Assembly (NCBI GenBank): GCA_963823435.1
Contig: CAWGLN010000002.1
Location: forward strand, 309,633-373,632
Reading direction: 5' to 3'
Length of the DNA: 64,000 nt
Source: an uncultured Gammaproteobacteria bacterium
Lineage (GTDB): Bacteria > Pseudomonadota > Gammaproteobacteria > Steroidobacterales > BM003
Below, one piece after another: positions 48,600 through 60,659 of the stretch; position 1 is the first letter of the stretch, and every line of letters begins with the position of its first letter. The notes under the pieces are model-generated. The model made no database searches. It was not told the DNA's origin and saw nothing but the letters and a program-made list of their open reading frames with translations. Made by a program: the position numbers and the translations under genes.

Positions 48600-49759
48600 T
48601 TTTCCACCTGCCGGGCGGCAGGTGAGCCGAGCAAGGTCAATATTGCCTTGGCTGCGCTGGCAGCGGCATCCTGGCGCAGGTCCCGGTGCATGACCTCAAA
48701 TACGTCCACCTGTTGCCGTTGTCGCGCCGGCTGATCCAGCAGGGCCAGGACCTCGGTACCGAGGTTCCGGGGAGTCACCGCGTCCATCGTGTATTCGGGC
48801 ACTACCGGCGGTGTGTGCAGGAGGTTCGGCAAACTGTAATGTTTCAGGTGCAAACCGAGAAACGTTTCCGCCAGCCACTTGGTGAATCTTGCCACGCGAT
48901 AGGCCATCACCATGGGACGTTTCACCAGGGCCGCTTCCAGCGCGGCGGTCCCCGAGGCCAGCACCACCACATCCGCCGCCGCCATACAGGCCTGGGGTCG
49001 GCCATCCACCAGGGTTACCCGGACACCGGGGGCCGCTATGGCCAGGGCTTCCTCGAAGGCCTGGCGCACCGCGGCTCCCGCCATGGGCGAAACAAATACC
49101 AGGTCAGGGCGGCGGTCGGCCAGCCAGCCAATGGTACCGGCAAAGTCGGCGCCCAGGCGCTTGAGCTCACCCCGTCGGCTGCCAGGCAACACCGCAACGA
49201 CCTGGCCGTTTTCGGGCAGACCCAACTGTTGCCTGTGCTCGGACTGGTCAAGGTAGTGGGGAATCTCGTCGGCAAGGGGATGCCCTACAAATACGGCGGG
49301 CACATCGAACCGGTCATAAAAGGCTTTCTCGAATGGCAGCAGACACAGGACCAGGTCCGTTGCACGACCGATCTTGTGCACCCGCCCCTGGCGCCAGGCC
49401 CAGACTGAGGGGCTGACAAACTGCACCGTCTTGATGCCCTTGCGTTTTAACTTGCGCTCAAGACCCAGGTTGAAATCCGGCGCGTCCACACCGACAAACA
49501 CGTCCGGCGGGTTATCACGCCAATGTCTTACCAGGCCCCGGCGCAGACGTAACAAGCGGGGCAATTCTGCCAGCACTTCCACGAGACCCATTACCGCCAG
49601 TTCATCCGCATCGTGCAGGCACCGGCATCCGGCATCACGCATCAGCGGACCACCCACGCCTTCCACCTGCAGGTCGGGAACCGACCGCTTGAGCGCGCGG
49701 ATCAGGGTTGCCCCCAGCAAATCGCCGGAGGCCTCACCAGCGACAATGGCTAGGCGCAT
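48596..49759 (-). CDS. lpxB: Lipid-A-disaccharide synthase
   Basis: [26 protein letters not shown]. Confidence 0.96.
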   Translation of the reverse strand: MRLAIVAGEASGDLLGATLIRALKRSVPDLQVEGVGGPLMRDAGCRCLHDADELAVMGLVEVLAELPRLLRLRRGLVRHWRDNPPDVFVGVDAPDFNLGLERKLKRKGIKTVQFVSPSVWAWRQGRVHKIGRATDLVLCLLPFEKAFYDRFDVPAVFVGHPLADEIPHYLDQSEHRQQLGLPENGQVVAVLPGSRRGELKRLGADFAGTIGWLADRRPDLVFVSPMAGAAVRQAFEEALAIAAPGVRVTLVDGRPQACMAAADVVVLASGTAALEAALVKRPMVMAYRVARFTKWLAETFLGLHLKHYSLPNLLHTPPVVPEYTMDAVTPRNLGTEVLALLDQPARQRQQVDVFEVMHRDLRQDAAASAAKAILTLLGSPAARQVEK

Positions 49760-49828
49760 CTGTCAGTGATCCTCTTTTTGCGAATTCCCGTGGGCCTGGC
49801 TTTTATCCCAGGGCCAAGCTCAACCAGT

Positions 49829-50608
49829 TCAGCGAAGAATACTGCGTCGCGACTCGTCGACCAGGAAGTCCAGGAAAATTTTCAACTCCGGCTGCGTCTC
49901 CGTCAATCTCGCGATTTCTTCAGTGGCTTCCTGCAAACGCATACCTGAACGATAGAGCACCCGGTAGGCATTGCGAATATTGCGCAACTGGTCCTTATCA
50001 AACCCCCGCCGCTTCAGACCCTCGAGGTTTATACCCTTGGGTTCCGCCGGGTTACCCGAGACAGTGACGTAGGGTGGCACATCCCGATTTACCCCTGCAT
50101 ACATCCCCAGGAATGCATGGTCCCCGACCGAACAAAACTGGTGCGCACCTGAGAAGCCACCAAAAATAACGTAGTCTCCCACGTGCACATGTCCCGCCAG
50201 GGTCGCGTTATTGGCCAGGATCGTCTGGTCACCCACAACACAATCATGGGCGATATGTACGTAGCCCATGATCCAGTTGTCGTTGCCCACCCGGGTGACG
50301 CCTGAGTCATTCACGGTACCGCGGTTGATGCTGGTGAACTCGCGAATCGTATTGCGATCACCTATTTGCAGGCTGGTTTTCTCGCCCGCATATTTCTTGT
50401 CCTGGGGTGCATCACCGATAGAGGTAAATTGGAAAATCCGGTTTTGCTCGCCAATACTGGTCGGTCCCTTGATCACGACATGGGAGCCGATCTCTGACCC
50501 CGCTCCGATGCGTACACCGTCGCCAATCACGCTGTAGGGACCGATGATCACTCCGTCGGCAATCTCGGCACCCGGGTCAACGATCGCGGTAGCATGTATT
50601 CTGCTCAT
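49829..50608 (-). CDS. lpxA: UDP-GlcNAc O-acyltransferase
   Basis: Hexapeptide repeats, PQDKKY, HIAHDC. Confidence 0.96.
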   Translation of the reverse strand: MSRIHATAIVDPGAEIADGVIIGPYSVIGDGVRIGAGSEIGSHVVIKGPTSIGEQNRIFQFTSIGDAPQDKKYAGEKTSLQIGDRNTIREFTSINRGTVNDSGVTRVGNDNWIMGYVHIAHDCVVGDQTILANNATLAGHVHVGDYVIFGGFSGAHQFCSVGDHAFLGMYAGVNRDVPPYVTVSGNPAEPKGINLEGLKRRGFDKDQLRNIRNAYRVLYRSGMRLQEATEEIARLTETQPELKIFLDFLVDESRRSILR

Positions 50609-51051
50609 TGGCCTGGCGCCACCATCAACTCCGCTGTCGCAACAACAACGCCATCAACTTCGGCAGTCGTATTGAACTTCCATATCGTCCGGATCCTGCG
50701 GGCAAACTCAACCTTCAGTGTGAGTTGATCGCCGGGAAACACCGGCTTCTTGAAGCGTGCGCTATCTATACCGACGAACACAAAAACCTTGCCCTCGGTG
50801 GGCGCCTCGCCGACAGTCTCAAAAGCCAGCAATCCACAAGCCTGGGCGAGCGCCTCGACGACCAACACGCCCGGCATGATCGGTCGGCCCGGGAAATGCC
50901 CCTGAAAAAACGGTTCATTAATGCTGACGTTCTTGATTGCGGTCAGAGTTTTTCCCGGTTCGCAGGAAATAACCTTGTCCACCAGAAGGAAAGGATAACG
51001 ATGGGGCAACAGCCCCATCACTCCCTGCGTATCAATACTTTTTCCACTCAT
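50605..51051 (-). CDS. fabZ: 3-hydroxyacyl-ACP dehydratase
   Basis: [24 protein letters not shown]. Confidence 0.97.
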   Translation of the reverse strand: MSGKSIDTQGVMGLLPHRYPFLLVDKVISCEPGKTLTAIKNVSINEPFFQGHFPGRPIMPGVLVVEALAQACGLLAFETVGEAPTEGKVFVFVGIDSARFKKPVFPGDQLTLKVEFARRIRTIWKFNTTAEVDGVVVATAELMVAPGQ

Positions 51052-51053
51052 GA

Positions 51054-52088
51054 TTATGTTTCTTCTTCCGGGGTGCCGGCTGCTCTCTCAAGTTTTTTAA
51101 CCGTACGCGCAAGTTTGTCCAGTTGCCTGAAGCGGGCGCTGTTACGCCGCCAGTTCCCGGCCTCATCCATGGGCAGGGCGCCGGAATAGACACTGCCCTC
51201 CTGGTGAATGGAATGGTTGACGAAAGTACGCGCTGTAACAATGACCCGGTCGGCTATCGAAAGGTGACCGGCAAAACCGGCGTCTCCCGCAATCTGGCAA
51301 TGTCGACCAATACGCGTGCTGCCAGACACCTTGACCGACCCGGCCATGGCCGTGTGCGCTCCAACATGGACGTTGTGCGCAATCATGATCAGGTTATCCA
51401 GACGCACGTCGTCTTCCAGCACAGTGTCCCCCAGCGCTCCACGATCTACCGTGGTGTTGGCGCCAATTTCCACGTCATTGCCCACCTGGACGCTACCCAG
51501 CTGCGGCACCTTGACCCAGCCTTCAGCGCCCGGGGCGAGGCCGAACCCGTCAGCGCCCAGAACGCAGCCGGGGTGCAGGACGCAGCGTTTTCCAATGCTC
51601 ACCCGTTCACCCACATACACCCTGCCAACCAGGCGGGTGTCATCACCAATACTTGCGCCTTCCTCGACCACGCATCCGGGACCAATGTAGACCCCCTCGC
51701 CAATGACCGCCCCCTGGCCGACATAACTCAGGGCGCCCACCTGGGCGCCTGGCGAAACGCTGGCTCCGGTCTCCACCACGGCTGATGCATGGATGCCGGG
51801 CACCACCTGCCTGGGCGGACGAAGATATTGGGCTACTCTTGCATAGACGGTATAGGGGTTATCGCAAACCAGCGCCGCGACAGGGCAATCCGCAAGGTCA
51901 CCTGCCTTCAACAGGACTGCACCTGCCCGGGTACCGGGCAGGTGCCCCTTGAATTTTGGATTCGACAGGAAGGTAATGGACTCGGGACCTGCCTCCTCCA
52001 GCGAGCCAAGAGAGGACACTACCTTGTCGGGATCACCGACCAGCTCACAGCCGAAGCGCACTGCCAGTTGCGATAGAGTCAGCTCCAT
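51054..52088 (-). CDS. lpxD: UDP-3-O-acyl-glucosamine N-acyltransferase
   Basis: [28 protein letters not shown]. Confidence 0.96.
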   Translation of the reverse strand: MELTLSQLAVRFGCELVGDPDKVVSSLGSLEEAGPESITFLSNPKFKGHLPGTRAGAVLLKAGDLADCPVAALVCDNPYTVYARVAQYLRPPRQVVPGIHASAVVETGASVSPGAQVGALSYVGQGAVIGEGVYIGPGCVVEEGASIGDDTRLVGRVYVGERVSIGKRCVLHPGCVLGADGFGLAPGAEGWVKVPQLGSVQVGNDVEIGANTTVDRGALGDTVLEDDVRLDNLIMIAHNVHVGAHTAMAGSVKVSGSTRIGRHCQIAGDAGFAGHLSIADRVIVTARTFVNHSIHQEGSVYSGALPMDEAGNWRRNSARFRQLDKLARTVKKLERAAGTPEEET

Positions 52089-52111
52089 TGCGCTAGCACA
52101 CCCTTGTGGTC

Positions 52112-52642
52112 TTAGTTGGCCTGCTTGAATTTGGATTGCAGGGCAGTCAGCAGCGCGTCGGTGATATCCAGGCCTTCACTGGCATAAATCACATCCCCAA
52201 GGACCAGGTCATATTTCTGGCTGCGGGCATAATTCTGAATCTCCTGACCCAGGATACGCTGCAGTTTGCCTAATTCCTCGTTACGACGAAGGTTGGCATC
52301 CTCGTTCATTTCCTGTCCCTTGCGCTGGAAATCGCGTTGCCCGTCGCGCAACTGACGCTCGATGTTACGCCGCTCTTCCTCGCTCATGACCGCACCATCA
52401 CGCTTCAGGGTCTCTTCTTTTTCGCGAAGGTCCTTCTGCAATGCCGCCAACTCGCGCTGACGCGGGGCAAATTCGGACTGGAGTTGCTCCATCATGGCCT
52501 TGGCCTGGGGCGCCGACTCCAGCAAACGTGGAATATTAACCACCGCAATCTTGTTCTCGGCAGCCTGTGCACTCACGGCACCCAGGCTGGCAAATGCCAC
52601 CAGTCCAAGAACAGCCAAACGCCAATTTTTGTTTACTCGCAT
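52112..52642 (-). CDS. skp: Periplasmic chaperone Skp/OmpH
   Basis: Signal peptide, KIAVVN, coiled coil, YDLVL, DIT; between bamA and lpxD. Confidence 0.9.
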   Translation of the reverse strand: MRVNKNWRLAVLGLVAFASLGAVSAQAAENKIAVVNIPRLLESAPQAKAMMEQLQSEFAPRQRELAALQKDLREKEETLKRDGAVMSEEERRNIERQLRDGQRDFQRKGQEMNEDANLRRNEELGKLQRILGQEIQNYARSQKYDLVLGDVIYASEGLDITDALLTALQSKFKQAN

Positions 52643-52656
52643 GAAATTAACCACCA

Positions 52657-55056
52657 TTAAAATGCAGAACCAATAGAGAACTGGAAATTTTCCGTCTCGT
52701 CGCCACGCACGACACCATTGCCGTTAACCTCGTTCAGAGGGATGCCATAACTGAACCGGAACAGACCCAGAGGCGCAAGCCACTGAACCGAAACACCAAA
52801 TGACTGGCGTAACTCGCCAAAATCAAGATCGTAAAATATCTGGTTACCGTACAGGTCATAGAAACGCGTATTTCCCGTGTAGAATACATTACCGATATCA
52901 AAGAACAAACTGGCGCGGGCCTGGGTGGCGAATTTCTCGGGCATGGGCAGCATCAGTTCCGCCTGCCCCGCCACCATCAGGTTGCCACCATAAGGCCTGC
53001 CGTAACTGTCTCTTGGACCCAGGCTGGACTCCCTGTATCCGCGCACCGAATTGGGCCCGCCTGCGAAAAAATTGCGCGCCGGGGGCGGATCGCTGGAATC
53101 TCCCAGGGCCTCGGTGAGGTTGGCCTCGCCGTGGAACGCCAGGCCCCACCGGCCCCAAATCGGGATGAGCTTGGTGCTCTCCCAGCCAAAACCGACATAT
53201 TCGACATCACTGCCCGGGACGGTGGCCAAAATATTGAAGATATGGCGCGAGCCACGAGTAGCGAAGATTGCCCTGTTACGGGTGTCGTACAGCCAGGTTG
53301 CCGTCAGTTCCAGCAAATTGTAATCAGTGCCATAAATGGTCTGTCCGACATTCGGCTGCTGGGTGTAGGAGTTGCCGTTATTGATTACCCATTCCCTTAC
53401 CTGCTGGGAACTTCCGTCACTGGTAATCAATGACGTGCTACGAACATTGACGCCATATTGCAGGCGCTGCCACTCGGTTATCGGATAACCGTACTGGACG
53501 CCAAGGTTAATTGACTGGGCATTGAACTCCGAACCGTTTGACACCAGCTGAACGGTGTCCGCATATGAGACGTTTACAGACCGGCTAACGCCGTCCATGT
53601 TTATGTAGGGGTCCGTTTGGTTGAAGCTGAGTACCTTGCGATATTTTCCGGTACTCAAATTTCCGGAAATCGTGTTCCCTGAACCCAGGAAATTGGTATG
53701 GGTAAAGTTGCCGTTCAGCATCAAACCCTGGGACCCTGAGTAACCCAGGCCACCACCAAACTGACCGGGAAGTCCTTCCTTGATCTGGAAATCCACATCG
53801 ACCAGGTCGGGCGTTCCCGGCACCGGCACCGTCTCGACATCCACCTTCTCGATGAATGGCAGGCGCTGCAGTCGGACCTTGGAGCGATCCAGGGAATTGT
53901 TGGACAGCCAGGATCCCTCTTGCTGACGCATTTCACGCCTGAATACCTCGTCCTTGGTGCTCTCGGCGCCCTTGAACTGGATATTGCGAACATAGGTACG
54001 ATTACCCGGATCCACGAAGAAAATAATGTCGACCGTCATGTCTTCTTCGTTCAACTGGGGAATCGGCTCCACCCTGGCGAAGGAGTAGCCTTCCTCGCCC
54101 AGTCGATAGGTAATGAATTCGCTGCTGGTCTCCAGCAGTTTGCGCGAAAACGTCTGTCCCGGCTTTGCCAGGATCATCGCCTGCAGGATTTCCTCCGACA
54201 CAATTGTGTCCCCGGCCAGCTTGATTTCATTCAGCGTGTACGGTTCGCCTTCGTCCACATTCAAGGTGATGAAGATATTCTTGCGGTCCGGCGAGATTGC
54301 TACCTGGGTGGAGGTAATCTGGAAATTCGCATAGCCTCGATCCATGTAGAATGAACGAAGTTTCTCGAGGTCACCGGTAAGTCCCTCACGATCATAACGG
54401 TCATCGCTTTTGTAGAAAGAAAGCCAATTCGGGGTCTTGAGCTGAAAGTCCCCGATGATCTCTTCCTCGGTGAATCGCTCATTGCCCACGATATTGATCT
54501 GTCTTATCCGGGCCCGTTCGCCCTCGGTAATTTTAATGGCTATATCGACTGTATTGCTGTCGTTCTCGGTCACCTGGATATCGATAACTACGCCATACTT
54601 GCCGCGGCTGAAATACTGATCGGTAAGAAATTGCTCCACCTCATCGAGGGTGGACTGGTTGAAGGTCCTGCCCCTGGCCAGACCCACGCCGCGAAGGCTA
54701 TCCATCAATTGATCGGTCTCGATGTCCTTGTTGCCATCAATGGTGAAATTCTCGATGGACGGCCGCTCGATGACCACTACAATCAAGGTATCTCCGTCAC
54801 GCCGGAACTCCACATGCTCGAAGAAACCCGTGTCGTAAACGGCACGAATTGATTCGGCAATTCGACGCTTGTCCAGGACATCACCAATATTCACGGGCAG
54901 GTAGTTAAAAACAGTACCCTCGGAAATTCTTTGCAGGCCCTCCACCCGAATGTCCTTAACCGTAATCATGCCCTGGGCACTGACCTGCAAGGTCCACAGG
55001 CCGAGTAAAATGGCAGCGAACGCCTGAGTGTATTTTTTTCTTCTGGAAAGTTGCAT
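52657..55056 (-). CDS. bamA: Outer membrane protein assembly factor BamA (start uncertain)
   Basis: POTRA DIRVEGLQRI, VRGY motif, C-terminal FQFSIGSAF. Confidence 0.96.
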   Translation of the reverse strand: MQLSRRKKYTQAFAAILLGLWTLQVSAQGMITVKDIRVEGLQRISEGTVFNYLPVNIGDVLDKRRIAESIRAVYDTGFFEHVEFRRDGDTLIVVVIERPSIENFTIDGNKDIETDQLMDSLRGVGLARGRTFNQSTLDEVEQFLTDQYFSRGKYGVVIDIQVTENDSNTVDIAIKITEGERARIRQINIVGNERFTEEEIIGDFQLKTPNWLSFYKSDDRYDREGLTGDLEKLRSFYMDRGYANFQITSTQVAISPDRKNIFITLNVDEGEPYTLNEIKLAGDTIVSEEILQAMILAKPGQTFSRKLLETSSEFITYRLGEEGYSFARVEPIPQLNEEDMTVDIIFFVDPGNRTYVRNIQFKGAESTKDEVFRREMRQQEGSWLSNNSLDRSKVRLQRLPFIEKVDVETVPVPGTPDLVDVDFQIKEGLPGQFGGGLGYSGSQGLMLNGNFTHTNFLGSGNTISGNLSTGKYRKVLSFNQTDPYINMDGVSRSVNVSYADTVQLVSNGSEFNAQSINLGVQYGYPITEWQRLQYGVNVRSTSLITSDGSSQQVREWVINNGNSYTQQPNVGQTIYGTDYNLLELTATWLYDTRNRAIFATRGSRHIFNILATVPGSDVEYVGFGWESTKLIPIWGRWGLAFHGEANLTEALGDSSDPPPARNFFAGGPNSVRGYRESSLGPRDSYGRPYGGNLMVAGQAELMLPMPEKFATQARASLFFDIGNVFYTGNTRFYDLYGNQIFYDLDFGELRQSFGVSVQWLAPLGLFRFSYGIPLNEVNGNGVVRGDETENFQFSIGSAF

Positions 55057-55063
55057 CAGTCGT

Positions 55064-56431
55064 TTAGTCCAGCAAGCGGGCAATGTCATTGTAGAAAGCA
55101 AAAGTCATCAGCATTGCCAGGAGCACCAGACCAGCCTGGTGTCCAATCATCTGGACTCTCTCGGGCAGCGGCTTCCCGGTAATCAATTCTGCGAAATGGT
55201 ACAGCAACTGCCCCCCATCGAGCATGGGAACCGGCATCAGGTTGATAACGCCCAGGCTGATGCTGACGACCGCCAGGAAGCTTGCGAAGGCAACCAGGCC
55301 CATACTGGCGCTTACTCCTGCATACTGGGCGATGTTTATCGGCCCACTGATATTCTTGGGTGACACCACACCTTCAAGCATTTTCCAAAGCATACGCAGG
55401 GTCAGGGTCGTCATTTCCCAGGTCTTGGTCATCGCCGCCGGAATTGCGCCCAGGGGACCATATTGCGTTTTTCCGAACATGGATTCGGGAACGGCTTCGG
55501 GCTTGACCCCCTGCACCCCGATTCGACCAACGGTGCGCCCTTCTCGCTGCATGCTACCCACGTTTACCACGAGGGTCAGGGAGGCACCCTCTCGCTCCAC
55601 CGTGACCTTTGCCTGTTGCTCGGGCAGGTCTTGCAACCGCCTGACCAGGGTCGGCCAGTCTTTTACGCCGACATCGTCAATGGCGACAACCTGGTCGCCC
55701 GAGCGCATACCGGCCTGCTCGGCAGGACCATCCGGATCCACCACCTCAACAATTGCCGGCCAGTAGGGTTGCCATAGATTGATTCCCAGGCCGTCGAACA
55801 GCGCGCCGGGTTCGGTCAGCCCCGATTCTTTCCCGCTCGCATCCAGTACCAGGTTGCGGGTAGTGCCGTCTTCGCCCTGAACCTGGAATTCGATACGCCC
55901 GTCGTCCAGCATATCGTCCAGCAAGTTCAGCATCGCGGATTCCCAGGTTTCCACCGGCCTGCCCCGAACCTGGAGTATCTGGTCACCGCTGCGCATACCC
56001 GCCCGTCCGGCGATAGTGTCGGGGGAGATCTCACCCACCACGGGCATCAGCCCGGGTACGCCAACCACAAACATGATCCAGTAGGCAAAAATAGCGAAAA
56101 GGAAATTGGCAGCCGGACCGCCAACCAGGACCGCCATGCGGCCCCACATCGGGGCGCTGTTGAAGCTGCGGTTACGGTCGCCCTCGGGAACCTCACCCTC
56201 ACGCTCATCCAGCATTTTTACGTAACCGCCCAGGGGAATTGCGGCCAGCACCAGTTCGGTCTGGTCGGCGCCAATTTTGCGCGACCACAGGGGCCGGCCA
56301 AAGCCGATAGAAAAACGCAGGACCTTTATGCCAATTTTTCGCGCCACCCAGAAATGGCCAAACTCATGCACCGCCACCAGCACACTGATGGCAAATAAAA
56401 AAGAAAGTATTGAAATCAATACGTTATCCAA
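55064..56431 (-). CDS. rseP: RIP metalloprotease RseP
   Basis: HEFGH, IPLGGYVKM, PDZ domains, NLMPVPMLDGG. Confidence 0.96.
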   Translation of the reverse strand: MDNVLISILSFLFAISVLVAVHEFGHFWVARKIGIKVLRFSIGFGRPLWSRKIGADQTELVLAAIPLGGYVKMLDEREGEVPEGDRNRSFNSAPMWGRMAVLVGGPAANFLFAIFAYWIMFVVGVPGLMPVVGEISPDTIAGRAGMRSGDQILQVRGRPVETWESAMLNLLDDMLDDGRIEFQVQGEDGTTRNLVLDASGKESGLTEPGALFDGLGINLWQPYWPAIVEVVDPDGPAEQAGMRSGDQVVAIDDVGVKDWPTLVRRLQDLPEQQAKVTVEREGASLTLVVNVGSMQREGRTVGRIGVQGVKPEAVPESMFGKTQYGPLGAIPAAMTKTWEMTTLTLRMLWKMLEGVVSPKNISGPINIAQYAGVSASMGLVAFASFLAVVSISLGVINLMPVPMLDGGQLLYHFAELITGKPLPERVQMIGHQAGLVLLAMLMTFAFYNDIARLLD

Positions 56432-56619
56432 CTTCTAGGTGTCCTTGTTTGTTGATTGTTTCAATCAGGCCGGCGTGAATCAGCAGAGCATTGTACCCAC
56501 TGCGAGGCAACTTCGCGCCCCCTGAGGGACAATTGTCGGTCAGTTTGGCTGCGGCGCTGGATTTCCCTGCAACGCGCGCTCACTCGCTTTAGCGCCAAGT
56601 TCGTATCCTCACCGGTGAC

Positions 56620-57421
56620 TCAGGCGGCCATTCCGGTTAGCGCCAGGCCCAGCGCCAGCAACGGACTTGCCGCCGTCAGGCTATCCATTCGGTCGAGAAT
56701 GCCCCCGTGCCCGGGAAGAATCCAGCCGCTGTCCTTCAATCCGGATTTGCGCTTGAATACGCTCACCGTCAGGTCACCAATTACCGAGACCGCTCCGCAG
56801 ACCGCCGTTAAGGGTACGAGAATTTGCGGAGCCAGGCCGAACCACATGCTGCCGACATAACCCACCGCAGCACAGGCCATGAGCCCACCGGCCACGCCCT
56901 CCCAGGTCTTGCCGGGACTGACCAGGGGAGCGAGCTTATGGCGTCCCAGCGTCCGTCCGACGACGTAGGCTCCGACATCCGCCGACCAGACCACGCAGAA
57001 GGCAAACAGCACCCACTGCGGACCACGCGATGAATCATGCAGAAGGGTGGCCACCGCGAGCCAGGCCAGGGAAATTACCAGCAACCCAAATCCAGCTCCA
57101 AGCCAGCGCGGAATCGTAACTGGAAAACGCAGAACCCAGTACAGACCCAGCAACCAGGCGGGAATAGCCAGGGACAACAACCAGGGCCCATAACCCCACG
57201 CATCAAGCAGCGCGCATCAGTCCCAGGCACAGTGCGCCGGCCAGGGTGAAGAAGGTTTTATCCATGGGACCTTTGCATTGCAAAAATCCCGCCCATTCCC
57301 AGGTGCCTGCCAGGAACATCGCGGCAAAAAACGCTGCCGCAAAACGTTCGGGCAGGAAAAACAGAACCCCGATAATCAGCGGGCCCAGTACCAGGGCCGT
57401 AAGAATGCGGGTGAGCAACAC
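56620..57421 (-). CDS. cdsA: Phosphatidate cytidylyltransferase (frameshift near 57200)
   Basis: RILTAL N-terminus; SPGKTWEG, KDSGWILPGHGGILDRMDS. Confidence 0.92.
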
Positions 57422-58177
57422 CTAGAACGCCTCCTTTGCATCCAGGACCTCACCAAAACGTCGCTCGCGTCCGGCAAAACTCTCCATCGCCGCACGCAAA
57501 TTATCGGCGTTGAAATCCGGCCACAGGCAATCCTGGAAAACCAGCTCGGTATAGGCGAGATTCCATAGCAGGAAATTGCTGACACGCATCTCCCCGCCGG
57601 TGCGTATAAATAGATCCGGATCGGGTACCTTGGGCAAGGACAGGTATTCGGAAAAACGGCGCTCGTCCAACTCGTCGGGTACGAGATGTCCGGCCTGAAC
57701 ATCCGCGATCGCAGCGCGAGCTGCCTGCACGATATCCCAGCGACCACCGTAGGACATGGCGATATTCAACTGCATGGCCGTGTTCTCGCGAGTGAGTTTC
57801 TCAGCCTCGTCCAGGCGTCGGCGCAACCTTGGTGTCAGGGTGGCGCGGTCACCGATAAAGCGCACCGCGATACCTTCCTTGTGCAAATCCCGAACCTCTT
57901 TGCCAAGGGCTTCCACGAAAAGCTGCATCAATCCGCTGACTTCTTCCTTGGGGCGCTTCCAGTTTTCGCTGGAGAAGGTAAACAGGGTGAGGACCTGGAC
58001 ACCCATCTTGCCACAGGCTTCCACAACCTCGCGGGCGGCCTTGACGCCTGCGCGGTGCCCGGCCTGGCGCGCCATTCCCCTGGCCTTGGCCCACCGGCCA
58101 TTGCCATCCATGATGATCGCCACATGCCTGGGGATGGTCATGCCACCCGGCGGCGTCCCGGTGTGCGATGTGCTCAC
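57422..58177 (-). CDS. uppS: Undecaprenyl diphosphate synthase
   Basis: PRHVAIIMDGNGRWA, FSSENWKRP, IRTGGEMRVSNFLLW. Confidence 0.97.
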   Translation of the reverse strand: MSTSHTGTPPGGMTIPRHVAIIMDGNGRWAKARGMARQAGHRAGVKAAREVVEACGKMGVQVLTLFTFSSENWKRPKEEVSGLMQLFVEALGKEVRDLHKEGIAVRFIGDRATLTPRLRRRLDEAEKLTRENTAMQLNIAMSYGGRWDIVQAARAAIADVQAGHLVPDELDERRFSEYLSLPKVPDPDLFIRTGGEMRVSNFLLWNLAYTELVFQDCLWPDFNADNLRAAMESFAGRERRFGEVLDAKEAF

Positions 58178-58208
58178 TCAGCGCCTCTCCTGATTAAAGG
58201 CACGAACA

Positions 58209-58766
58209 TCAAACTTCCATCAATTCATTTTCTTTTTTCGCCAGCAAGGCATCGATATTTGCCACAAACTCGTCGGTGAGTTTCTGCACAGCATCCTCGC
58301 CTTTGTGTTCCTCATCCTCGGAGATCATTTTCTCTTTCATCAGTTCCTTGATCTGGCTGATGGCATCACGACGAATATTCCTGATTGCCACACGCGCGCC
58401 TTCGGCCTCGCTACGCACAACCTTGGTCATATCCCGGCGCCGCTCCTCGGTCAACGGCGGCAGTGGTACCCGGATCAGGGTGCCGGTGGTAGCGGGCGTC
58501 AAGCCCAGGTCGGAAGTCATGATGGCCTTTTCCACCACCTGGACCATGGGTTTCTCCCAGGGAGAAACCGTGATGGTGCGCGAATCCTCCACCGCGATGT
58601 TGGCAACCTGGGCTAACGGCACCAGGCTGCCATAGTACTCCACCGAGATGTGATCCAGCAGACTCGTATGGGCCCTGCCGGTACGCAGCTTTTTCAGGTC
58701 CGTGTCAAAGGCTGCCACGCTTTTGCCCATGCGCTCACGGGCATCCTTGTTGATATCGTTAATCAT
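58209..58766 (-). CDS. frr: Ribosome recycling factor
   Basis: [20 protein letters not shown]. Confidence 0.97.
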   Translation of the reverse strand: MINDINKDARERMGKSVAAFDTDLKKLRTGRAHTSLLDHISVEYYGSLVPLAQVANIAVEDSRTITVSPWEKPMVQVVEKAIMTSDLGLTPATTGTLIRVPLPPLTEERRRDMTKVVRSEAEGARVAIRNIRRDAISQIKELMKEKMISEDEEHKGEDAVQKLTDEFVANIDALLAKKENELMEV

Positions 58767-59509
58767 TCCTGGTGTCCCACTTGGTTATCGTTAGTGACCA
58801 GTGTACCCACATCTTCGCCGCGCGCCAGTCGTAGCAAGTCTCCGGGGTTATTTATATTGAATACACGTAAGGGGATATTGTTATCGCGGCACATCACCAG
58901 GGCCGTCGCATCCATGACCCCCAGCTTGCGATTCAAGGCCTCGTCAAATCCCAGTTGTGTATAGCGCCGGGCCTTCGGATCGGTCATCGGATCGGCGGTA
59001 AAAACACCGTCCACCTTGGTCGCTTTGACCAGGATATCGGCGTCGATTTCTATCGCCCTGAGGCTGGCCGCGGTGTCGGTGGTAAAAAACGGATTGCCGG
59101 TGCCGGCGGCGAAAATGCAGGCCCGTCCCTTTTCCAGGTGCCGCACAGCACGTCGCCGTATGTAGTCCTCGCAAACTTCATTGATTTTCAGCGCCGACAT
59201 CACGCGTGCGTATACCCCCAGTCTCTCCAGCGCATCCTGCAGGGCCAGGCCGTTGATCACTGTGGCGAGCATGCCCATATGGTCGCCGGTGACCCTGTCG
59301 ATACCTGCCTTGGCCAAACCCTCGCCGCGAAAAATATTGCCCCCGCCTATTACGACCCCTACCTGGATTCCTTCGGCGACGACGTCGCGAATCTCGGCCG
59401 CAACCCGCCCGATCATTTGCGGGTCAATGCCGTAATCCATCCTGCCCATCAGGGCCTCTCCGCTCAGCTTGAGAAGAATTCTCTGGTGCTTTTGGCTTTG
59501 ATTTGACAT
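58763..59509 (-). CDS. pyrH: UMP kinase
   Basis: [27 protein letters not shown]. Confidence 0.97.
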   Translation of the reverse strand: MSNQSQKHQRILLKLSGEALMGRMDYGIDPQMIGRVAAEIRDVVAEGIQVGVVIGGGNIFRGEGLAKAGIDRVTGDHMGMLATVINGLALQDALERLGVYARVMSALKINEVCEDYIRRRAVRHLEKGRACIFAAGTGNPFFTTDTAASLRAIEIDADILVKATKVDGVFTADPMTDPKARRYTQLGFDEALNRKLGVMDATALVMCRDNNIPLRVFNINNPGDLLRLARGEDVGTLVTNDNQVGHQE

Positions 59510-59537
59510 GAGAGGATTTTTACCTGTGTATGTCTGG

Positions 59538-59695
59538 GGAGCCTCTGATCTATTCAAAAACGTGTATCTTGTGGCTAAAAAATCCAGCTTCTGCGTTGTC
59601 AATCTTCGCGAGCCCCACTATTACGTGCGCTTGGCGCCTTGAATCTGAATCTTTTCGCCTACAATCTACTTCGTCCAGAATAAATCAGAGCTTCC
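59538..59695 (-). repeat. ~160-bp palindromic repeat between tsf and pyrH, with perfect 4-bp flanking duplication
   Basis: CTGG|GGAGCCTCTGATCTATTC...AATAAATCAGAGCTTCC|CTGG. Confidence 0.95.
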
Positions 59696-59712
59696 CTGGT
59701 TGATATCCCGAC

Positions 59713-59740
59713 AAAAAGAACCCCGCTAAAGCGGGGTCCC
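59713..59740 (-). terminator. Rho-independent terminator after tsf
   Basis: Minus strand GACCCCGC-TTTA-GCGGGGTT followed by CTTTTT. Confidence 0.85.
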
Positions 59741-59780
59741 TGATGTCGTCATTCTTGCATATCGGAGCGCGCCAGTCGGA

Positions 59781-60659
59781 CTACTTTCCCCGGACCTGTG
59801 CCATCACTTCCTCAACAAAATTGTCGACTTTCTTTTCGATGCCCTCGCCCACTTCGAAGCGCACAAACGATGTCACTTCCGCGCCCCTGTCCTTGAGCAG
59901 CTTCGCCACGGTCAGGTCAGGATCCTTCACGAAAGGCTGTCCAACCAGGGTAATCTCCGCAAAGAACTTCCTCAAGCGACCAACCACCATCTTTTCCACG
60001 ATTTCTTCCGCCTTGCCTTCCAGGCGAGCCTGATCCATCAGGATTTCCTTTTCCTTGGCTACCTGGTCAGCCGGGACCTGGGCTTCGCTTACGCACTGGG
60101 GCCGACTGGCCGCCACGTGCAAGGCTATATCGTGGACCAGGTCGGCCGCGCCGCCTTTCATACACACCAGCACACCTATACGGGTTCCGTGGGAATAGGC
60201 GCCGAGCAACTCCTCCGCCTGGACACGCTGGAAGCGACGCACCTGGATGTTCTCGCCAATCTTGGCAATCAGTGCCCGCCGTGTTTCCTCCACGCTCTGG
60301 CCATCGGCCATGGGAATGGCTCCCAGGGCTTCCAGATCGCCAGGATTATTGTCCAGCACAGCGCGGGCAACCCCATGGGCGAAAGCGCCAAACTCATCGC
60401 CACCGGCCACGAAATCCGTCTCCGAATTCACCTCGACAATGGCCGCAGAGTGCCCATCCGCGGCGGCTTCGATAACTACGCGCCCCTCAGCGGCTACCCG
60501 GCCGGCCTTCTTGTCAGCCTTGGCCAGTCCGGTCTTGCGCATGTTGTCAGCGGCAGCATCCAGGTCACCGTTGCTCTCTACCAGCGCTTTTTTGCATTCC
60601 ATCATGCCCGCTCCGGTGCGTTCCCGGAGTTCCTTGACCATCGATGCAGTTACAGTCAT
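59781..60659 (-). CDS. tsf: Elongation factor Ts
   Basis: [38 protein letters not shown]. Confidence 0.98.
   Translation of the reverse strand: MTVTASMVKELRERTGAGMMECKKALVESNGDLDAAADNMRKTGLAKADKKAGRVAAEGRVVIEAAADGHSAAIVEVNSETDFVAGGDEFGAFAHGVARAVLDNNPGDLEALGAIPMADGQSVEETRRALIAKIGENIQVRRFQRVQAEELLGAYSHGTRIGVLVCMKGGAADLVHDIALHVAASRPQCVSEAQVPADQVAKEKEILMDQARLEGKAEEIVEKMVVGRLRKFFAEITLVGQPFVKDPDLTVAKLLKDRGAEVTSFVRFEVGEGIEKKVDNFVEEVMAQVRGK

Noticed and set aside
58763..59602. N-terminally extended PyrH in the ORF track
   Set aside because: The extension runs through the repeat from a TTG; the ATG at 59509 gives a normal-length protein.
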